Source: an uncultured bacterium
Lineage (GTDB): Bacteria > Desulfobacterota_D > UBA1144 > Nemesobacterales > UBA2774
DNA length: 64,000 bases
Reading direction: 5' to 3'
NCBI GenBank assembly: GCA_963825135.1
Contig: CAWGRW010000009.1
Span: 2,506,443-2,570,442 of the forward strand
In this document: positions 1-11,032 of the stretch, one piece after another
How the letters are laid out: every line of letters starts with the position of its first letter
Position numbering within the stretch: position 1 is the stretch's first letter
Translations under genes and position numbers: made by a program
Notes under the pieces: model-generated
Told to the model about the DNA's origin: nothing
Databases searched by the model: none
Seen by the model: the letters and a program-made list of their open reading frames with translations, nothing else

Positions 1-1489
1 TTACCACCTGTATAGCCTGTTTCTTTCCGGTCCCGAGGTCCTTCGCGGACACGTGCAGTATTCCGTCCGCATCGACTTCGAAAGATACCTCTATCTGGGG
101 AATGCCCCTCGGCGCGGGCGGTATTCCGATGAGGTTAAAGTTGGCAAGCGATATATTGCCGTCAACGAGGTCCCTTTCCCCCTGCAGTACGTGGATACCG
201 ACGAACTCCTGGTTGTCGAAAGCCGTCGTGAAAATCCTGCTCCGCTTTGTCGGAATCGTGGTGTTTCTTTCTATAATTTTGGTGAACAGGCCCCCTCTTG
301 TCTCGACTCCGAGTGAGAGCGGTACTACGTCCAGCAGCAAGACCTCTTCCACTTTCCCCTCGAGGACTCCCCCCTGTATGGAGGCTCCGATAGCCACGAC
401 CTCTTCGGGGTTTATGCGTGTCTGGGGTTCTTTCTTGAATATGTCTCTGACTTTATCCTTAATTCTCGGCATCCTGGTCATTCCGCCGACAAGGACGACC
501 TCCTCGATCTCGGACGGATTGAGCCTCGCGTCCTGGAGCGCTTGCTTGCACGGGATTTCGAGCCTGTCTACGAGGTCGCTGACCAGGTGCTCGAACTCGT
601 CCCTTGTAATCTTGTAATTGAGGTGCTTGGGGCCCGTCTGGTCTACCGCAATGAACGGCAGGTTAATCGTCGTCTCCTGGACGGAGGAGAGCTCGTGTTT
701 CGCCTTTTCACAGGTCTCCCGTATCCTCTGAAGCGCCATCTTGTCGTCTCTCAGGTCTATCTCGTGCTGCTTTCTGAAGTCCTCGAGCACCAGTTCTATG
801 AGCAGCTGGTCGAAATCGTCCCCCCCGAGGAACGTGTCTCCGCTCGTGGATTTAACCTCGAAGACTCCGTTGGCTATTTCCAGGATCGTTATATCGAATG
901 TGCCTCCGCCGAGGTCGAAAACGGCAATTTTTTTATTCTCCGTTTTTTCGAACCCGTAGGCGAGCGCCGCTGCCGTGGGCTCGTTAATAATGCGCCTTAC
1001 GTTAAGTCCTGCTATGCGCCCCGCGTCCTTTGTCGCCTGCCGCTGGAGGTCGTTGAAATGTGCCGGGACGGTGATCACGGCGTCGGTTACCTCGTATCCG
1101 AGATACTCCTCGGCGACCTGCTTCATCTTTAACAGGACTATGGATGATATTTCCTGCGGGCCGTACATCCTTGCGTTGGTCTCTATCCAGGCGTCTCCGG
1201 ACTCGTTGGGCACTATATCGTAGGGCACTATGCCCATTGCCTTCTGAACTTCGGGAGAGTCGAACCTCCTGCCGATGAGCCGCTTCACGCCGAATATGGT
1301 GGTAGTGGGGTTCACCACCGCCTGCCTCTTTGCGACCGCGCCCGCGAAACGGCTGTTGTCCTCCGTGAAGGCTACTACCGATGGGGTGACCCTGCTGCCT
1401 TCCTCGTTCGGTATGACGACCGGGCTCCCTCCCTCGATTATGGCGACGCATGAGTTGGTTGTTCCGAGATCTATCCCTACTATAGCCAT
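1..1489 (-). CDS. dnaK: Chaperone DnaK (Hsp70), paralogue 1; 3' end runs off the window
   Basis: Not in the ORF track because it has no stop in the window. Manual translation from ATG at 1489 gives [13 protein letters not shown], with INEPTAAA and DLGGGTFD motifs. Lies directly downstream of grpE. Confidence 0.95.
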   Translation of the reverse strand, partial: MAIVGIDLGTTNSCVAIIEGGSPVVIPNEEGSRVTPSVVAFTEDNSRFAGAVAKRQAVVNPTTTIFGVKRLIGRRFDSPEVQKAMGIVPYDIVPNESGDAWIETNARMYGPQEISSIVLLKMKQVAEEYLGYEVTDAVITVPAHFNDLQRQATKDAGRIAGLNVRRIINEPTAAALAYGFEKTENKKIAVFDLGGGTFDITILEIANGVFEVKSTSGDTFLGGDDFDQLLIELVLEDFRKQHEIDLRDDKMALQRIRETCEKAKHELSSVQETTINLPFIAVDQTGPKHLNYKITRDEFEHLVSDLVDRLEIPCKQALQDARLNPSEIEEVVLVGGMTRMPRIKDKVRDIFKKEPQTRINPEEVVAIGASIQGGVLEGKVEEVLLLDVVPLSLGVETRGGLFTKIIERNTTIPTKRSRIFTTAFDNQEFVGIHVLQGERDLVDGNISLANFNLIGIPPAPRGIPQIEVSFEVDADGILHVSAKDLGTGKKQAIQVV

Positions 1490-1507
1490 TTTAGCCTTCC
1501 GTCTATC

Positions 1508-2152
1508 CTAGTTAGATTCATCGTCGGTAAGATCGAAAACATCTGCGGAATTTGATCTGTCCGCGCCCGGTGCCTGGCTGTTCTCAGCCTGACCGCTCGG
1601 ACCCTTCGATACGACTACCAGCGCCGGTCTCAGGAGCCTGTCCTTGAGCACGTATCCCCGGAGCATTTCAGAAATTATCAACCCGGGCGTAAAGTCGGGT
1701 GACTCGACCCTCTCGATAGCCTGGTGTATTCTCGGGTCGAAGTCCTCTCCCGGCTGAGCGTCCACGAACTGGACGCCGAATTTCTCAAGGCAGCTTAAGA
1801 ACTGCTTGTGCACGAGCCTGACCCCTTCAATCAGAGGCTTCGGGTCGTCCTCTGTCTTCGTGTGACCCAGGGCGCGTTCCAGATTATCTATAACGTTGAG
1901 GAGCGCCTTTATAAGCTCTTCGTTACCGTAGGCGATGACGTCCGCTTTTTCTTTTGCGAGCCTCTTCTTATAGTTCTCGAAATCAGCCGCAAGCCTGACG
2001 TATTTCTGATATAGATCCTGGTAGTCATTTCCGCCGCTTCCGCGCTTTCCTTTTGATTCCGCTTCGATTTCAGTTTCATCCTCCGGATAAGCTTCCCCGT
2101 TCTCGCTCAATTCCATATCTCCTTCTTTTTCGTCGTTGTCGTTCTGATTCAT
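1508..2152 (-). CDS. grpE: Nucleotide exchange factor GrpE
   Basis: RLAADFENYKKR, DNLERAL, FDPRIHQA and GYVLKDRLLRPALVVV motifs; AGGAGG precedes the ATG at 2152. Confidence 0.95.
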   Translation of the reverse strand: MNQNDNDEKEGDMELSENGEAYPEDETEIEAESKGKRGSGGNDYQDLYQKYVRLAADFENYKKRLAKEKADVIAYGNEELIKALLNVIDNLERALGHTKTEDDPKPLIEGVRLVHKQFLSCLEKFGVQFVDAQPGEDFDPRIHQAIERVESPDFTPGLIISEMLRGYVLKDRLLRPALVVVSKGPSGQAENSQAPGADRSNSADVFDLTDDESN

Positions 2153-2286
2153 ATTTACCTCCTGCATTCAATTAACCGGCAACCGGGCATAATTCCATGT
2201 AATTATAGCGCTTATATAATGCGTCAGCGTATAACGCTAAACTTATGTCGTGCGGTAGAGGGCTGTGATTCTAAATCCTTATGCAA

Positions 2287-2315
2287 AATATAATAATCCT
2301 TCGATAATTTGTCAA
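2287..2315 (-). promoter_or_regulatory. Sigma70-type promoter for grpE-dnaK
   Basis: Minus strand reads TTGACA-N17-TATATT. Confidence 0.6.
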
Positions 2316-2362
2316 CGTAAACGCACCCTCTATTAAACGCTGTCATATCACCCGGCCGCCGG

Positions 2363-3289
2363 TCAGCGTATCATATTATACGCGATCCCCTCAAGAAGCC
2401 CGGAGTCGCTGACGACCATCGCTGAGGACCCAAACCTGTCCATCGTCTTGAGCACTATGATTATGCCGGAAATGATGAGGTCCTCTCTCCCCTTTTCGAG
2501 GCCCGGGACGGTTACACGTTCGGGTTTAGGGATTTTCATGAGCCGATTGAAGGTACGCTCGGCCATTTCACGCGTCAGGGTGAAATTGTTTACGAGGGCC
2601 GGGTCGTATCGGGTCAAACGAAGCTCTATCGAGGCTAGCGTCGTGGGGGTTCCGGCGGTGCCTATGAGAGTAAGGTCTCTTCCGCCCGCTGCGGGGAACG
2701 AGGAAAGGCCTTCCGTGATCGCCTCGCCGATGTGCCTGCCGAGCGCCGCGATGTCGGAGTCCGTGTCGGTGTCGTTGCCGAGGTATTGTTCAGTGAGTCG
2801 TACGACCCCGAGGCCCGTGCTCGTAATGTCTGTTATCACTCCCTCTTTCACGTAAACGTATTCGGTGCTCCCGCCGCCTATGTCGAATATAAGGCAGTCG
2901 GGTGTATGGTATTTCACCGATCTGAGCGCTCCCGCGACCGTAAGCCTCGCTTCTTCGTCGCCTGAAATTACCTCTACCGGAATGCCCGTTTCCTCCCTGA
3001 CCCTCTTTACGAACTCCCGGCCGTTCGCGGATTCTCTCACCGCGCTCGTGGCAACGGCTCTCAGCTCTCCGACTCCGTATTCTTTAATTTTGAGGGAGAA
3101 GCCGGAGAGCGCTTTCAAAGACCTATCTATGGCGTTCGGATTTATGAGCATCCTGCCGGGCGAGAGCCCTTCCCCGAGCCGCGTTATCTCGCGCGCTATA
3201 TAGAGCTTTTTAAGGGAATTCCCGTGATCGGGCTCCGAGACCAGAAGCCTGAAGGTGTTCGTGCCTATGTCTATAGATGCTATTCGCAC
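2363..3289 (-). CDS. ppx: Ppx/GppA family exopolyphosphatase (short form)
   Basis: IDIGTNTFRL, ATSAVRE, SGDEEARL, DIGGGSTE and GLLEG motifs. Confidence 0.9.
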   Translation of the reverse strand: MRIASIDIGTNTFRLLVSEPDHGNSLKKLYIAREITRLGEGLSPGRMLINPNAIDRSLKALSGFSLKIKEYGVGELRAVATSAVRESANGREFVKRVREETGIPVEVISGDEEARLTVAGALRSVKYHTPDCLIFDIGGGSTEYVYVKEGVITDITSTGLGVVRLTEQYLGNDTDTDSDIAALGRHIGEAITEGLSSFPAAGGRDLTLIGTAGTPTTLASIELRLTRYDPALVNNFTLTREMAERTFNRLMKIPKPERVTVPGLEKGREDLIISGIIIVLKTMDRFGSSAMVVSDSGLLEGIAYNMIR

Positions 3290-3482
3290 TTTGCAGTCTC
3301 TCGTGAAGGAGATTTAATACCGTCCCCCCCGATCCGCGTGGACACTATAATGATATACCAGATTTATAAAGGAATGAAAGGGCAAACGCAAGCAAACTTA
3401 AAGAACTTGTGTAGAAAAGGTAAACCTTTATATGTCCCGCCGCATGCTTTCGGGGACTATGTTTAGATCCGTAGTCCCTGCA

Positions 3483-5564
3483 TCAGTGCTCCTGAGCGGC
3501 TTTGGAGCCGCCCGCTTCTTCTATTATCTTCGCCGTGAGATGATCGGGGACCTCTTCGTAATGAGAAAAATCCATGGTGAACGTGCCCCGGCCGCTGGTG
3601 ACGGATCTGAGCTCGGGCGCATAGGTGAGGACCTCGGCCATCGGGATGAGCGCCCTTATCACGTGGGTCCCGGCAAGGGAATCCACCCCGGAGACCTTGC
3701 CCCTTCTCGAGTTTACGTCCCCTATTACGTCGCCCATGCATTCGTCAGGGACCGATATGTCCATCTTCATGACCGGCTCGAGTATTACGGGTTTCGCCCC
3801 TTCCATCGCCTTCCTGAAACCCATGGAGCCCGCTATCTGAAAGGCGATGTCCGACGAGTCGACAGGATGGTACTTGCCGTCGAAGAGACTGACCTTCATG
3901 TCCACTACCGGATAGCCCGCGGCCACGCCCTTCTTCATCGCCTCTATGACCCCCTTTTCCACCGAGGGTATGAAGTTCTTGGGTATGACGCCCCCGACTA
4001 TGTTATTTACGAATTCGAATCCCTTGCCCCTGGGCAGCGCCTCGACTTCGAGCCACGCGTCTCCGTACTGCCCCCTTCCGCCCGTCTGCTTGATGTATTT
4101 ACCCTCAGCCTTGGCTTTACCCCTGACGGTCTCTTTGTAGGGCACCCGGGGCTTCTTCAGCTCTACGTTGACCCCGTATACGTCCCTGAGCTTGTGTACG
4201 ATTACCTCGACGTGGGACTGCCCGGTTCCCGAAAGAAGGAATTCCTTTGTCTCTTCGTCGAGTCTGTAATGTATGGTCGGGTCTTCTTCAGCGATCCTGG
4301 CGAGGGACGGGTTCAGCTTGTCTTCGTCGTTTCGGGTCTTGGGCTCGATTGCGTAGGAGAGCACCGCCGCCGGAAGCTCTACCGGAGGGATGACGAGCTG
4401 GTGGGCCTCGTCCGTGAGCGTATCCCCCGTGGACGCGTCCTTGAGCTTGTTGACAGCGACTATGTCGCCGCACGATGCCGGGCTGTAGGGGTATTCCTTT
4501 TTGCCGACGAGCCTGTGGAGATGCCCGAGCTTTTCCTTGACCCTCTTGCTGGCGTTGTATATGCTCGAGTCCCCGTTGAGCGATCCCGAATACACCCTGA
4601 ATATCGATATCTTGCCCGCGTAGGGGTCGGATACGGTCTTGAAAATGTACGCCGTGAAGGGCTCTTTTTCATCCGGCTTCCTCTCCGCTTTCTCGCCCAC
4701 CGGGTTTAGTCCTTCGATGGTTTTTCTCTCAACCGGAGACGGGAGGTATTTCGCTACCGCGTCGCTGAGCACGTTTATCCCCACCATGTGGGTCGCGGAG
4801 CCGATGAACACGGGGAATATCTTCGCTCCGAGTATCCCTTCATGGAGCATCCCGATTATCTTTCCCTCGTCGATGGCCTCTCCTTCGAGATATTTCTCAA
4901 GGAGCTCGTCGTCGAGCTCCGCGATCGATTCCAGCACCTTCTCCCTCTGGGACCCGGCTTCTTCTTTCATATCCTCCGGGATCGGAATCTCCTCGTAATT
5001 CGCGCCGCCTCCGTATTTATAGGCCTTCATTTCGATAACGTCTATGACGCCCTTGAAATCGTGGTGCTGGCCTATGGGGAATGTGAGCGGGAGGAGCTTT
5101 ACCTTGAGCTCTTTCGATAAACTGCCGAGAGTCGCGTCGAGGCTCGTGTTTTCCCTGTCGAGTTTATTTATGAAAATTATCTTCGGCAGGTCGCCCGTCA
5201 TGTCCCAATATTTCCGGACCTGAACGGCGACGTCGCCGCCCACGGCGCCGACCACTATGACCGCGCCGTCCACTACTCTTAATGCGTTTTCAGTTTCGTA
5301 TAAAAAATTTAGAAATCCGGGTGTGTCTATCAGGTTTATGAGGTGGGTTTTGGTTTCGAAGAACGCTACGTGGGAATTTATAGACATCCTCCGGTGTTTC
5401 TCTTCGGATTCGTAATCCAGCACGGAGCTGCCGTCGTCGACTTTTCCCTGTTTATCGGTGGCTCCGTTGAGGAATAAGAGCGCTTCGGCCAGAGATGTTT
5501 TACCTGCGCCGTGGGGAGCAACGAGCGCAATATTCCTTACGCTTTCCCGACCATACTCCTTCAT
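3483..5564 (-). CDS. fusA: Elongation factor G paralogue (EF-G2 type)
   Basis: 693 aa; GAGKTS, DTPG, NKLD, KQTGGRGQYG and YHPVDSS motifs; G1/G2 deviate from canonical EF-G; not in a str operon. Confidence 0.9.
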   Translation of the reverse strand: MKEYGRESVRNIALVAPHGAGKTSLAEALLFLNGATDKQGKVDDGSSVLDYESEEKHRRMSINSHVAFFETKTHLINLIDTPGFLNFLYETENALRVVDGAVIVVGAVGGDVAVQVRKYWDMTGDLPKIIFINKLDRENTSLDATLGSLSKELKVKLLPLTFPIGQHHDFKGVIDVIEMKAYKYGGGANYEEIPIPEDMKEEAGSQREKVLESIAELDDELLEKYLEGEAIDEGKIIGMLHEGILGAKIFPVFIGSATHMVGINVLSDAVAKYLPSPVERKTIEGLNPVGEKAERKPDEKEPFTAYIFKTVSDPYAGKISIFRVYSGSLNGDSSIYNASKRVKEKLGHLHRLVGKKEYPYSPASCGDIVAVNKLKDASTGDTLTDEAHQLVIPPVELPAAVLSYAIEPKTRNDEDKLNPSLARIAEEDPTIHYRLDEETKEFLLSGTGQSHVEVIVHKLRDVYGVNVELKKPRVPYKETVRGKAKAEGKYIKQTGGRGQYGDAWLEVEALPRGKGFEFVNNIVGGVIPKNFIPSVEKGVIEAMKKGVAAGYPVVDMKVSLFDGKYHPVDSSDIAFQIAGSMGFRKAMEGAKPVILEPVMKMDISVPDECMGDVIGDVNSRRGKVSGVDSLAGTHVIRALIPMAEVLTYAPELRSVTSGRGTFTMDFSHYEEVPDHLTAKIIEEAGGSKAAQEH

Positions 5565-5683
5565 GGAAGATTACCTCCGTAGTCTGTCGTTGACAAAAAT
5601 ACTCATAGAAGCCCTTTGTCGTCTCTCCTCAGTAAATAATGTTCCCTAAAGCTGATGGCTTATTGATTCCCAGGTCGACGGCC

Positions 5684-5887
5684 CTAGTTCTTGGCGTACT
5701 TTCTTCTGAACCTTTCGACCCTGCCCTTGGACTCGGCCGCCCTTTCTTTCCCCGTGTAGAATGGATGACAGTTGGAGCAGACCTCTACCGTGAAGTCATT
5801 AAAACGCGTGGACTTGGTTTTATATTGGGTGCCGCAGGAACAGCTTATGGTGACCTCTTTATACTCCGGATGGATTCCAGCTTTCAT
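5684..5887 (-). CDS. rpmE: 50S ribosomal protein L31 (zinc-binding type)
   Basis: [22 protein letters not shown] and [10 protein letters not shown]. Confidence 0.95.
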   Translation of the reverse strand: MKAGIHPEYKEVTISCSCGTQYKTKSTRFNDFTVEVCSNCHPFYTGKERAAESKGRVERFRRKYAKN

Positions 5888-6010
5888 TGAAAATGCCTCC
5901 TTGTATGCCGGCAATGTATATTTTTGTTGATAAGACCCCCCACCCCTTAATATTAAATTAACATTTAAAAACTAAGTGGGCAAGAGCGGACTCGAGTCTC
6001 GCGGGTAAAT

Positions 6011-6038
6011 AAAAAGGCGGCATACGGCCGCCTTTTTT
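6011..6038. terminator. Intrinsic terminator downstream of dnaK paralogue 2
   Basis: AAAAAGGCGGC-ATACG-GCCGCCTTTTT hairpin with A/T tracts on both sides. Confidence 0.8.
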
Positions 6039-6069
6039 GTCGTTTCAATTGCCAATTTCTCTGCTGGTC

Positions 6070-8016
6070 TTATTTTTCAGTGAATTCGGCGTCTATTACG
6101 TCGTCGCCGTCCTTGCCGCCGTCCCCTTCCTTGCCGCTCTCGTCTTCCGGCGCCTGCCCCGAGCCGTCCTGTCCGGCGCTGGTCTCCTGCGCCCCCGCCT
6201 CGCCCTGGGACTGCTGCTTGTACATGAGCTCGGCCAGCTTGTGGGAAGCCTGGGTTATCTTTTCCGTGGAGGATTCGATCTCGCCGGGGTCGCTGCCCTT
6301 TACGGCTTTGCGGCCCTGCTCGAGGGCCTCTTCGAGGTCCTTCTTATCGCCCTCCGGGAGCTTCCCTTCGAATTCCTTAAAGCTCTTTTCCGTCCTGTAG
6401 ATAAGCTCGTCGAGCTTGTTCTTCTTCTCCACGAGCTCGTGACGTTTCCTGTCGTCCTCGGATTTCTCCTCGGCGTCCCTGATCATCTTGTCCACCTCGT
6501 CCTTGGAGAGTCCGCTCGAGGCCTCGACCCTTATCTTCTGCTCCTTCTGACTGGCCAGGTCCTTCGCGGAAACGTGGAGTATCCCGTCGGCGTCTATATC
6601 AAACGCGACTTCCACCTGAGGGATGCCCCTCGCGGACGGCGGTATGCCGTCGAGTATGAACCTCGCGAGCGTCCTGTTGTCGGCCGACATCTGCCGCTCT
6701 CCCTGGAGCACGTGGATTTCGACGGACGTCTGATTGTCCTCCGCGGTCGTGAACACCTGGCTTTTCTTTGTCGGTATCGTCGTATTCCTTTCGATTATCT
6801 TCGTCATGACTCCGCCCAGCGTCTCGATTCCGAGCGAAAGCGGCGTTACGTCGAGCAGCAGGACGTCCCTTACCTCGCCGCCGAGCACGGCTCCCTGAAT
6901 GGCCGCTCCCATAGCCACGACCTCGTCCGGGTTAATCCCCTTGTGAGGCTCCTTGCCGAAGAAATCGGTGACTACCTTTTGGACGAGCGGTATTCTGGTC
7001 GATCCTCCGACGAGAATCACTTCGTCTATGTCGCCCGCCTTGACCCCCGCGTCCTTGAGCGCCTGACGGCAGGGCTCGAGCGTGCCCTTCACCTTCTCAT
7101 CGATGAGCTGCTCGAACTTGGAACGCGTAATCTTCATAACGAGGTGCTTGGGCCCGGAGGCGTCGGCCGTGATGAACGGCAGGTTGATCTCTGTTTCGAG
7201 CGTATTGGAGAGCTCGATCTTCGCCTTCTCCGATTCCTGTCTCAGCCTCTGAAGGGCCATCTTGTCGTTGCCTAGGTCTATGCCGGATTCCTTCTTGAAT
7301 TCGCTGATTATGTAGTCCATTATCAGCCTGTCGAAATCGTCACCGCCCAGGTGAGTGTCGCCGTTGGTGGATTTGACCTCGATTACGTTGTCGCCCACTT
7401 CGAGAATGGATATGTCGAACGTGCCTCCGCCCAGGTCGTATACCGCGATCGTGCCCTCGCCCTTCTTGTCGAACCCGTACGACAGGGCCGCAGCCGTGGG
7501 CTCGTTGATTATCCTCTTCACTTCAAGGCCCGCGATTTTACCCGCGTCCTTGGTCGCCTGCCTCTGGCTGTCGTTGAAATAAGCGGGGACCGTGATCACG
7601 GCCTCCTTTATTTCGCCCCCGACGTAGTCCTCGGCCGCCTTTTTCAGTTTCATCAGGACGTGGGAGGAAATCTGCGGCGGGGAATACTGCTTCCCCATAG
7701 CCTCCACCCATGCGTCGTCGTTTTTAGTCTTTACCATTTTGTACGGGAGTCTCTTGGCTTCGCCCTCGACTTCCTCGTAGCGCCTCCCCATGAGTCTCTT
7801 CACGGAGAATATCGTGTTTTCCGGATTGACGACCGCCTGCCTCTTCGCGGGACCTCCCACGAGGATGTCGCCGTCCTTGGTAAAAGCCACGATCGACGGT
7901 GTGATGCGAGCTCCCTCTTCGTTTATGATTACCTTCGGTTCTCCGCCTTCGACTATAGCCACCACCGAGTTCGTAGTTCCGAGGTCGATTCCGATTATCT
8001 TGCCGCTTTTCGCCAT
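6070..8016 (-). CDS. dnaK: Chaperone DnaK (Hsp70), paralogue 2
   Basis: Full-length 648 aa; [27 protein letters not shown]; acidic tail ending DAEFTEK. Confidence 0.97.
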   Translation of the reverse strand: MAKSGKIIGIDLGTTNSVVAIVEGGEPKVIINEEGARITPSIVAFTKDGDILVGGPAKRQAVVNPENTIFSVKRLMGRRYEEVEGEAKRLPYKMVKTKNDDAWVEAMGKQYSPPQISSHVLMKLKKAAEDYVGGEIKEAVITVPAYFNDSQRQATKDAGKIAGLEVKRIINEPTAAALSYGFDKKGEGTIAVYDLGGGTFDISILEVGDNVIEVKSTNGDTHLGGDDFDRLIMDYIISEFKKESGIDLGNDKMALQRLRQESEKAKIELSNTLETEINLPFITADASGPKHLVMKITRSKFEQLIDEKVKGTLEPCRQALKDAGVKAGDIDEVILVGGSTRIPLVQKVVTDFFGKEPHKGINPDEVVAMGAAIQGAVLGGEVRDVLLLDVTPLSLGIETLGGVMTKIIERNTTIPTKKSQVFTTAEDNQTSVEIHVLQGERQMSADNRTLARFILDGIPPSARGIPQVEVAFDIDADGILHVSAKDLASQKEQKIRVEASSGLSKDEVDKMIRDAEEKSEDDRKRHELVEKKNKLDELIYRTEKSFKEFEGKLPEGDKKDLEEALEQGRKAVKGSDPGEIESSTEKITQASHKLAELMYKQQSQGEAGAQETSAGQDGSGQAPEDESGKEGDGGKDGDDVIDAEFTEK

Positions 8017-8044
8017 TTTCCTGGCCTCCTGATCGTTATATTCT

Positions 8045-8902
8045 TTATGACTTACCCTGAGTGACCGTCGTTTCGACCTCGCCTCTCAGCTTTTTGAGCG
8101 CCTGAACCTCAATCTGCCTGACCCTTTCCTTGGATATGCCCAGCTCATCGCCGAGCTCCCTCAGCTTGCCCTGCGGCATGGAGAGATACCTGCTCTCTAT
8201 CACGCGCTTCTCGCGGGGCGTCAGTTTCTTTAATCCGGCCTTAAGACCTTCCCTTGCCAGTCCGGACTCCTCAATGGATTCGAGCACCTCTTCCTGGTTG
8301 GAACCCGAGTCCGAAACGGTATCGAGATACGTTATCGATTCGTCTTCATTTACTGTCGTATCCAGAGAGAAGTCTCTCGATGCCGTCCTGAATTCCATGT
8401 TTATCACGTCTTTGTCTCTGACGCCGAACACCTCGGCGACCCTCCGGATATCGGAATCGCTCATGTCGTCGTGCCTGATATTAAGGTTCTTCTTGGCCCT
8501 TCCGATTTTATGGAACAGCTTCCTCTCCGCCTGAGTGGTGCCTATCTTGACCTGGCTCCAGAATTGCATGATGTGGTTCTGAATCCTGGCCCTTATCCAC
8601 CATACTGCGTACGAGATCAGCCTGTAGCCTTTGTAAGGGTTGAATTTTTTAACAGCGTTCATGAGCCCGATAGTGCCTTCCTGTACGAGATCGCCAAGAG
8701 GGAACCCGTAGGAGATATACTCGGACGCTATCTTAATTACGAACCTGAGGTTGGATACAATAAGCTTGTTGGCCGCTTCCAGGTCGTTTTCCTCGTAATA
8801 TCTGACAGCGAGGCTGTATTCTTCTTCCTTGCTTAGAACCGGGTATTTATCTACTTCCTTTAAAAAAATACCCATCGGCTCTCTTATAGCTACCGCCTTC
8901 AT
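8045..8902 (-). CDS. rpoH: RNA polymerase sigma factor, RpoH (sigma32) family
   Basis: [19 protein letters not shown], RpoH-box-like [12 protein letters not shown], region 4 [10 protein letters not shown]. Confidence 0.88.
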   Translation of the reverse strand: MKAVAIREPMGIFLKEVDKYPVLSKEEEYSLAVRYYEENDLEAANKLIVSNLRFVIKIASEYISYGFPLGDLVQEGTIGLMNAVKKFNPYKGYRLISYAVWWIRARIQNHIMQFWSQVKIGTTQAERKLFHKIGRAKKNLNIRHDDMSDSDIRRVAEVFGVRDKDVINMEFRTASRDFSLDTTVNEDESITYLDTVSDSGSNQEEVLESIEESGLAREGLKAGLKKLTPREKRVIESRYLSMPQGKLRELGDELGISKERVRQIEVQALKKLRGEVETTVTQGKS

Positions 8903-9097
8903 AAGTTATAAAACCTCCTTTTTCAAAACTAATCATCATCGGGGAAATGTCAAGGGGGCCGATCTTCGGACCGATAAATATATTATCTCAATTATGGAAG
9001 ATAGTTAGAGTGTAATTATTGATGTTTTTCTTAAAATTATCCGGGTGTCGGGGACATGTGTACCCCCACCCGGCCTGCCGCGAGTCCCGGACTGCGG

Positions 9098-10264
9098 TCA
9101 GCCGGCCTGAGCGGCCTCGACGACTCTCCCCGCCGCTTCCCTCATATCCCCGCCGGTGATTATGTTGAGTCCTGATTCCGACAGCATTTTCCGTCCGAGC
9201 TCCACGTTCGTCCCCTCGAGTCTGACTACCAGCGGGACGCTTATGCCTACCTCTTTCGCGGCCGCGATTATACCCTCGGCTATAGTATCGCATTTCATTA
9301 TGCCGCCGAATATGTTCACGAATATGGCCTTTACGTTCGGGTCGCTCAGTATCATCTTGAACGCCTGTGTTACCTGCTCGGTATTCGCCCCTCCGCCGAC
9401 GTCGAGGAAGTTTGCGGGCTCCCCCCCGTGGTGCTTGATTATATCCATCGTGGACATGGCGAGGCCTGCGCCGTTCACGAGGCAGCCAATGTTGCCGTCG
9501 AGCTTAACGTAGCTTATTCCCCACTTCTTGGCCTCGAGCTCGGTCGGGTCCTCCTCTGAAGGGTCGTGGAGCTTTTCGATGTCCGGGTGCCTGAAAAGGG
9601 CGTTGTCGTCGAAGTTCATCTTCGCGTCAAGCGCCAGCACTTCCCCGCTCTTCGTCAGTATGAGGGGGTTAATCTCCGCGAGAGAGCAGTCCTTTTCGGT
9701 GAATAACTGGTAGAGGCCGGATATGAATTTCACGGCCTTGTTGACGGTCTTGCCTTCGAGTCCCAGGAAATAGGCGATTTTTCTACACTGATAGGGAAGG
9801 AGCCCGACGGTGGGGTCTACGTATTCCCTCGTTATTTTTGAGGGGCTTTTCCTTGCCACCTCTTCGATCTCCATGCCGCCCTCGCGGCTCGCCATGACGA
9901 CTATCTGCTCCTTTGACCTGTCGATGACCATGCCGAGATAAAATTCCTTCTCTATATCGGAGGCCTCTTCCACGAGCACCTTCTGTACGAGCTTGCCCTC
10001 GGGGCCCGTCTGATGGGTCACGAGTATCATGCCCAGTATCTCGGACGCAATCCGCTTAACCTCTTCGAGAGAGCTTGCGAGCTTGACACCCCCGCCCTTA
10101 CCCCTCCCCCCGGCGTGGATCTGGGCCTTTATGACGACCTTCTCTACGTTGAGGTCCTTCGCTATCTGGTGCGCTTCGTCGTGGTGGAAAGCGACCTTTC
10201 CGGTGGGCGTGGGTACTCCGTACTGGGAAAGAAGCTCCTTGGCCTGGTACTCGTGGATATTCAA
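9098..10264 (-). CDS. sucC: Succinyl-CoA synthetase beta subunit
   Basis: [30 protein letters not shown] and NIFGGI; TTG start after GGAGG. Confidence 0.96.
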   Translation of the reverse strand: MNIHEYQAKELLSQYGVPTPTGKVAFHHDEAHQIAKDLNVEKVVIKAQIHAGGRGKGGGVKLASSLEEVKRIASEILGMILVTHQTGPEGKLVQKVLVEEASDIEKEFYLGMVIDRSKEQIVVMASREGGMEIEEVARKSPSKITREYVDPTVGLLPYQCRKIAYFLGLEGKTVNKAVKFISGLYQLFTEKDCSLAEINPLILTKSGEVLALDAKMNFDDNALFRHPDIEKLHDPSEEDPTELEAKKWGISYVKLDGNIGCLVNGAGLAMSTMDIIKHHGGEPANFLDVGGGANTEQVTQAFKMILSDPNVKAIFVNIFGGIMKCDTIAEGIIAAAKEVGISVPLVVRLEGTNVELGRKMLSESGLNIITGGDMREAAGRVVEAAQAG

Positions 10265-10291
10265 TTTGAATCCTCCTGTGAAAGACTGAGT

Positions 10292-11032
10292 TTACTGCTT
10301 CGGGCCGCCCTTGAATTTGTCGAGAAGCCACTGAAGCGGATCGAAATACGTATCGGCAACCCTTTCCTTCAAGGGGATGATGGCGTTATCGGTTATATGT
10401 ATGTGCTCCGGGCACACTTCCGTGCAGCATTTAGTGATATTGCAGTACCCTATGCCCGCCTGGCCCCTCAGGTACTCCTTGCGGTCGAGCGTATCTAGGG
10501 GGTGCATTTCGAGCTCGGCAACTTTTATAAGCATCCTGGGGCCGATGAATTCGTTTTTCTTGTCGTGGTTTCTCAGGATGTGGCAGACGTCCTGGCAGAG
10601 GAAGCACTCGATGCACTTCCTGAACTCCTGGCCCCTCTCGACGTCTTCCTGATACATCACCCATTTCGTGTCCTTCGCAGGAGTAAACGGGGGTATCGTT
10701 TTTCTGACCTTATAGTTCCATGAGACGTCCGTGACGAGGTCCTTGATTATCGGGAACGTTTTGACCGGGTATACGGTTACGGGCTTGTCGAGGGGGAGCG
10801 TATCGAGCCTGGTCTTGCAGGTGAGCTTCGGCATGCCGTTTATTTCCGCGCTGCAGGAGCCGCATTTGGCGGCCTTGCAGTTCCACCTCACGGCCAGGTC
10901 CCCGTCGTAATTCGCCTGAATGAAGTGGATGGCGTCAAGGACGACCATTCCCTCTTCGAGAGGGACTTCGTATTCCTTTTCCGCGCCCCCGTTCGAGTCT
11001 CCCCTGTACACACGCATTTTCACGACAGCCAT
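10292..11032 (-). CDS. sdhB: Succinate dehydrogenase/fumarate reductase iron-sulfur subunit
   Basis: Cys clusters CKAAKCGSC, CIECFLC..C and CNITKCCTEVCP. Confidence 0.93.
   Translation of the reverse strand: MAVVKMRVYRGDSNGGAEKEYEVPLEEGMVVLDAIHFIQANYDGDLAVRWNCKAAKCGSCSAEINGMPKLTCKTRLDTLPLDKPVTVYPVKTFPIIKDLVTDVSWNYKVRKTIPPFTPAKDTKWVMYQEDVERGQEFRKCIECFLCQDVCHILRNHDKKNEFIGPRMLIKVAELEMHPLDTLDRKEYLRGQAGIGYCNITKCCTEVCPEHIHITDNAIIPLKERVADTYFDPLQWLLDKFKGGPKQ

Noticed and set aside
2153-2362. CIRCE operator upstream of grpE-dnaK
   Set aside because: No TTAGCACTC-N9-GAGTGCTAA found.
3432-7275. Long antisense ORFs (for example 3432-4709 and 6037-7275; also 16340-17617, 34006-35280, 54151-55461)
   Set aside because: Shadow frames of conserved genes in GC-rich DNA, with no recognisable motifs.
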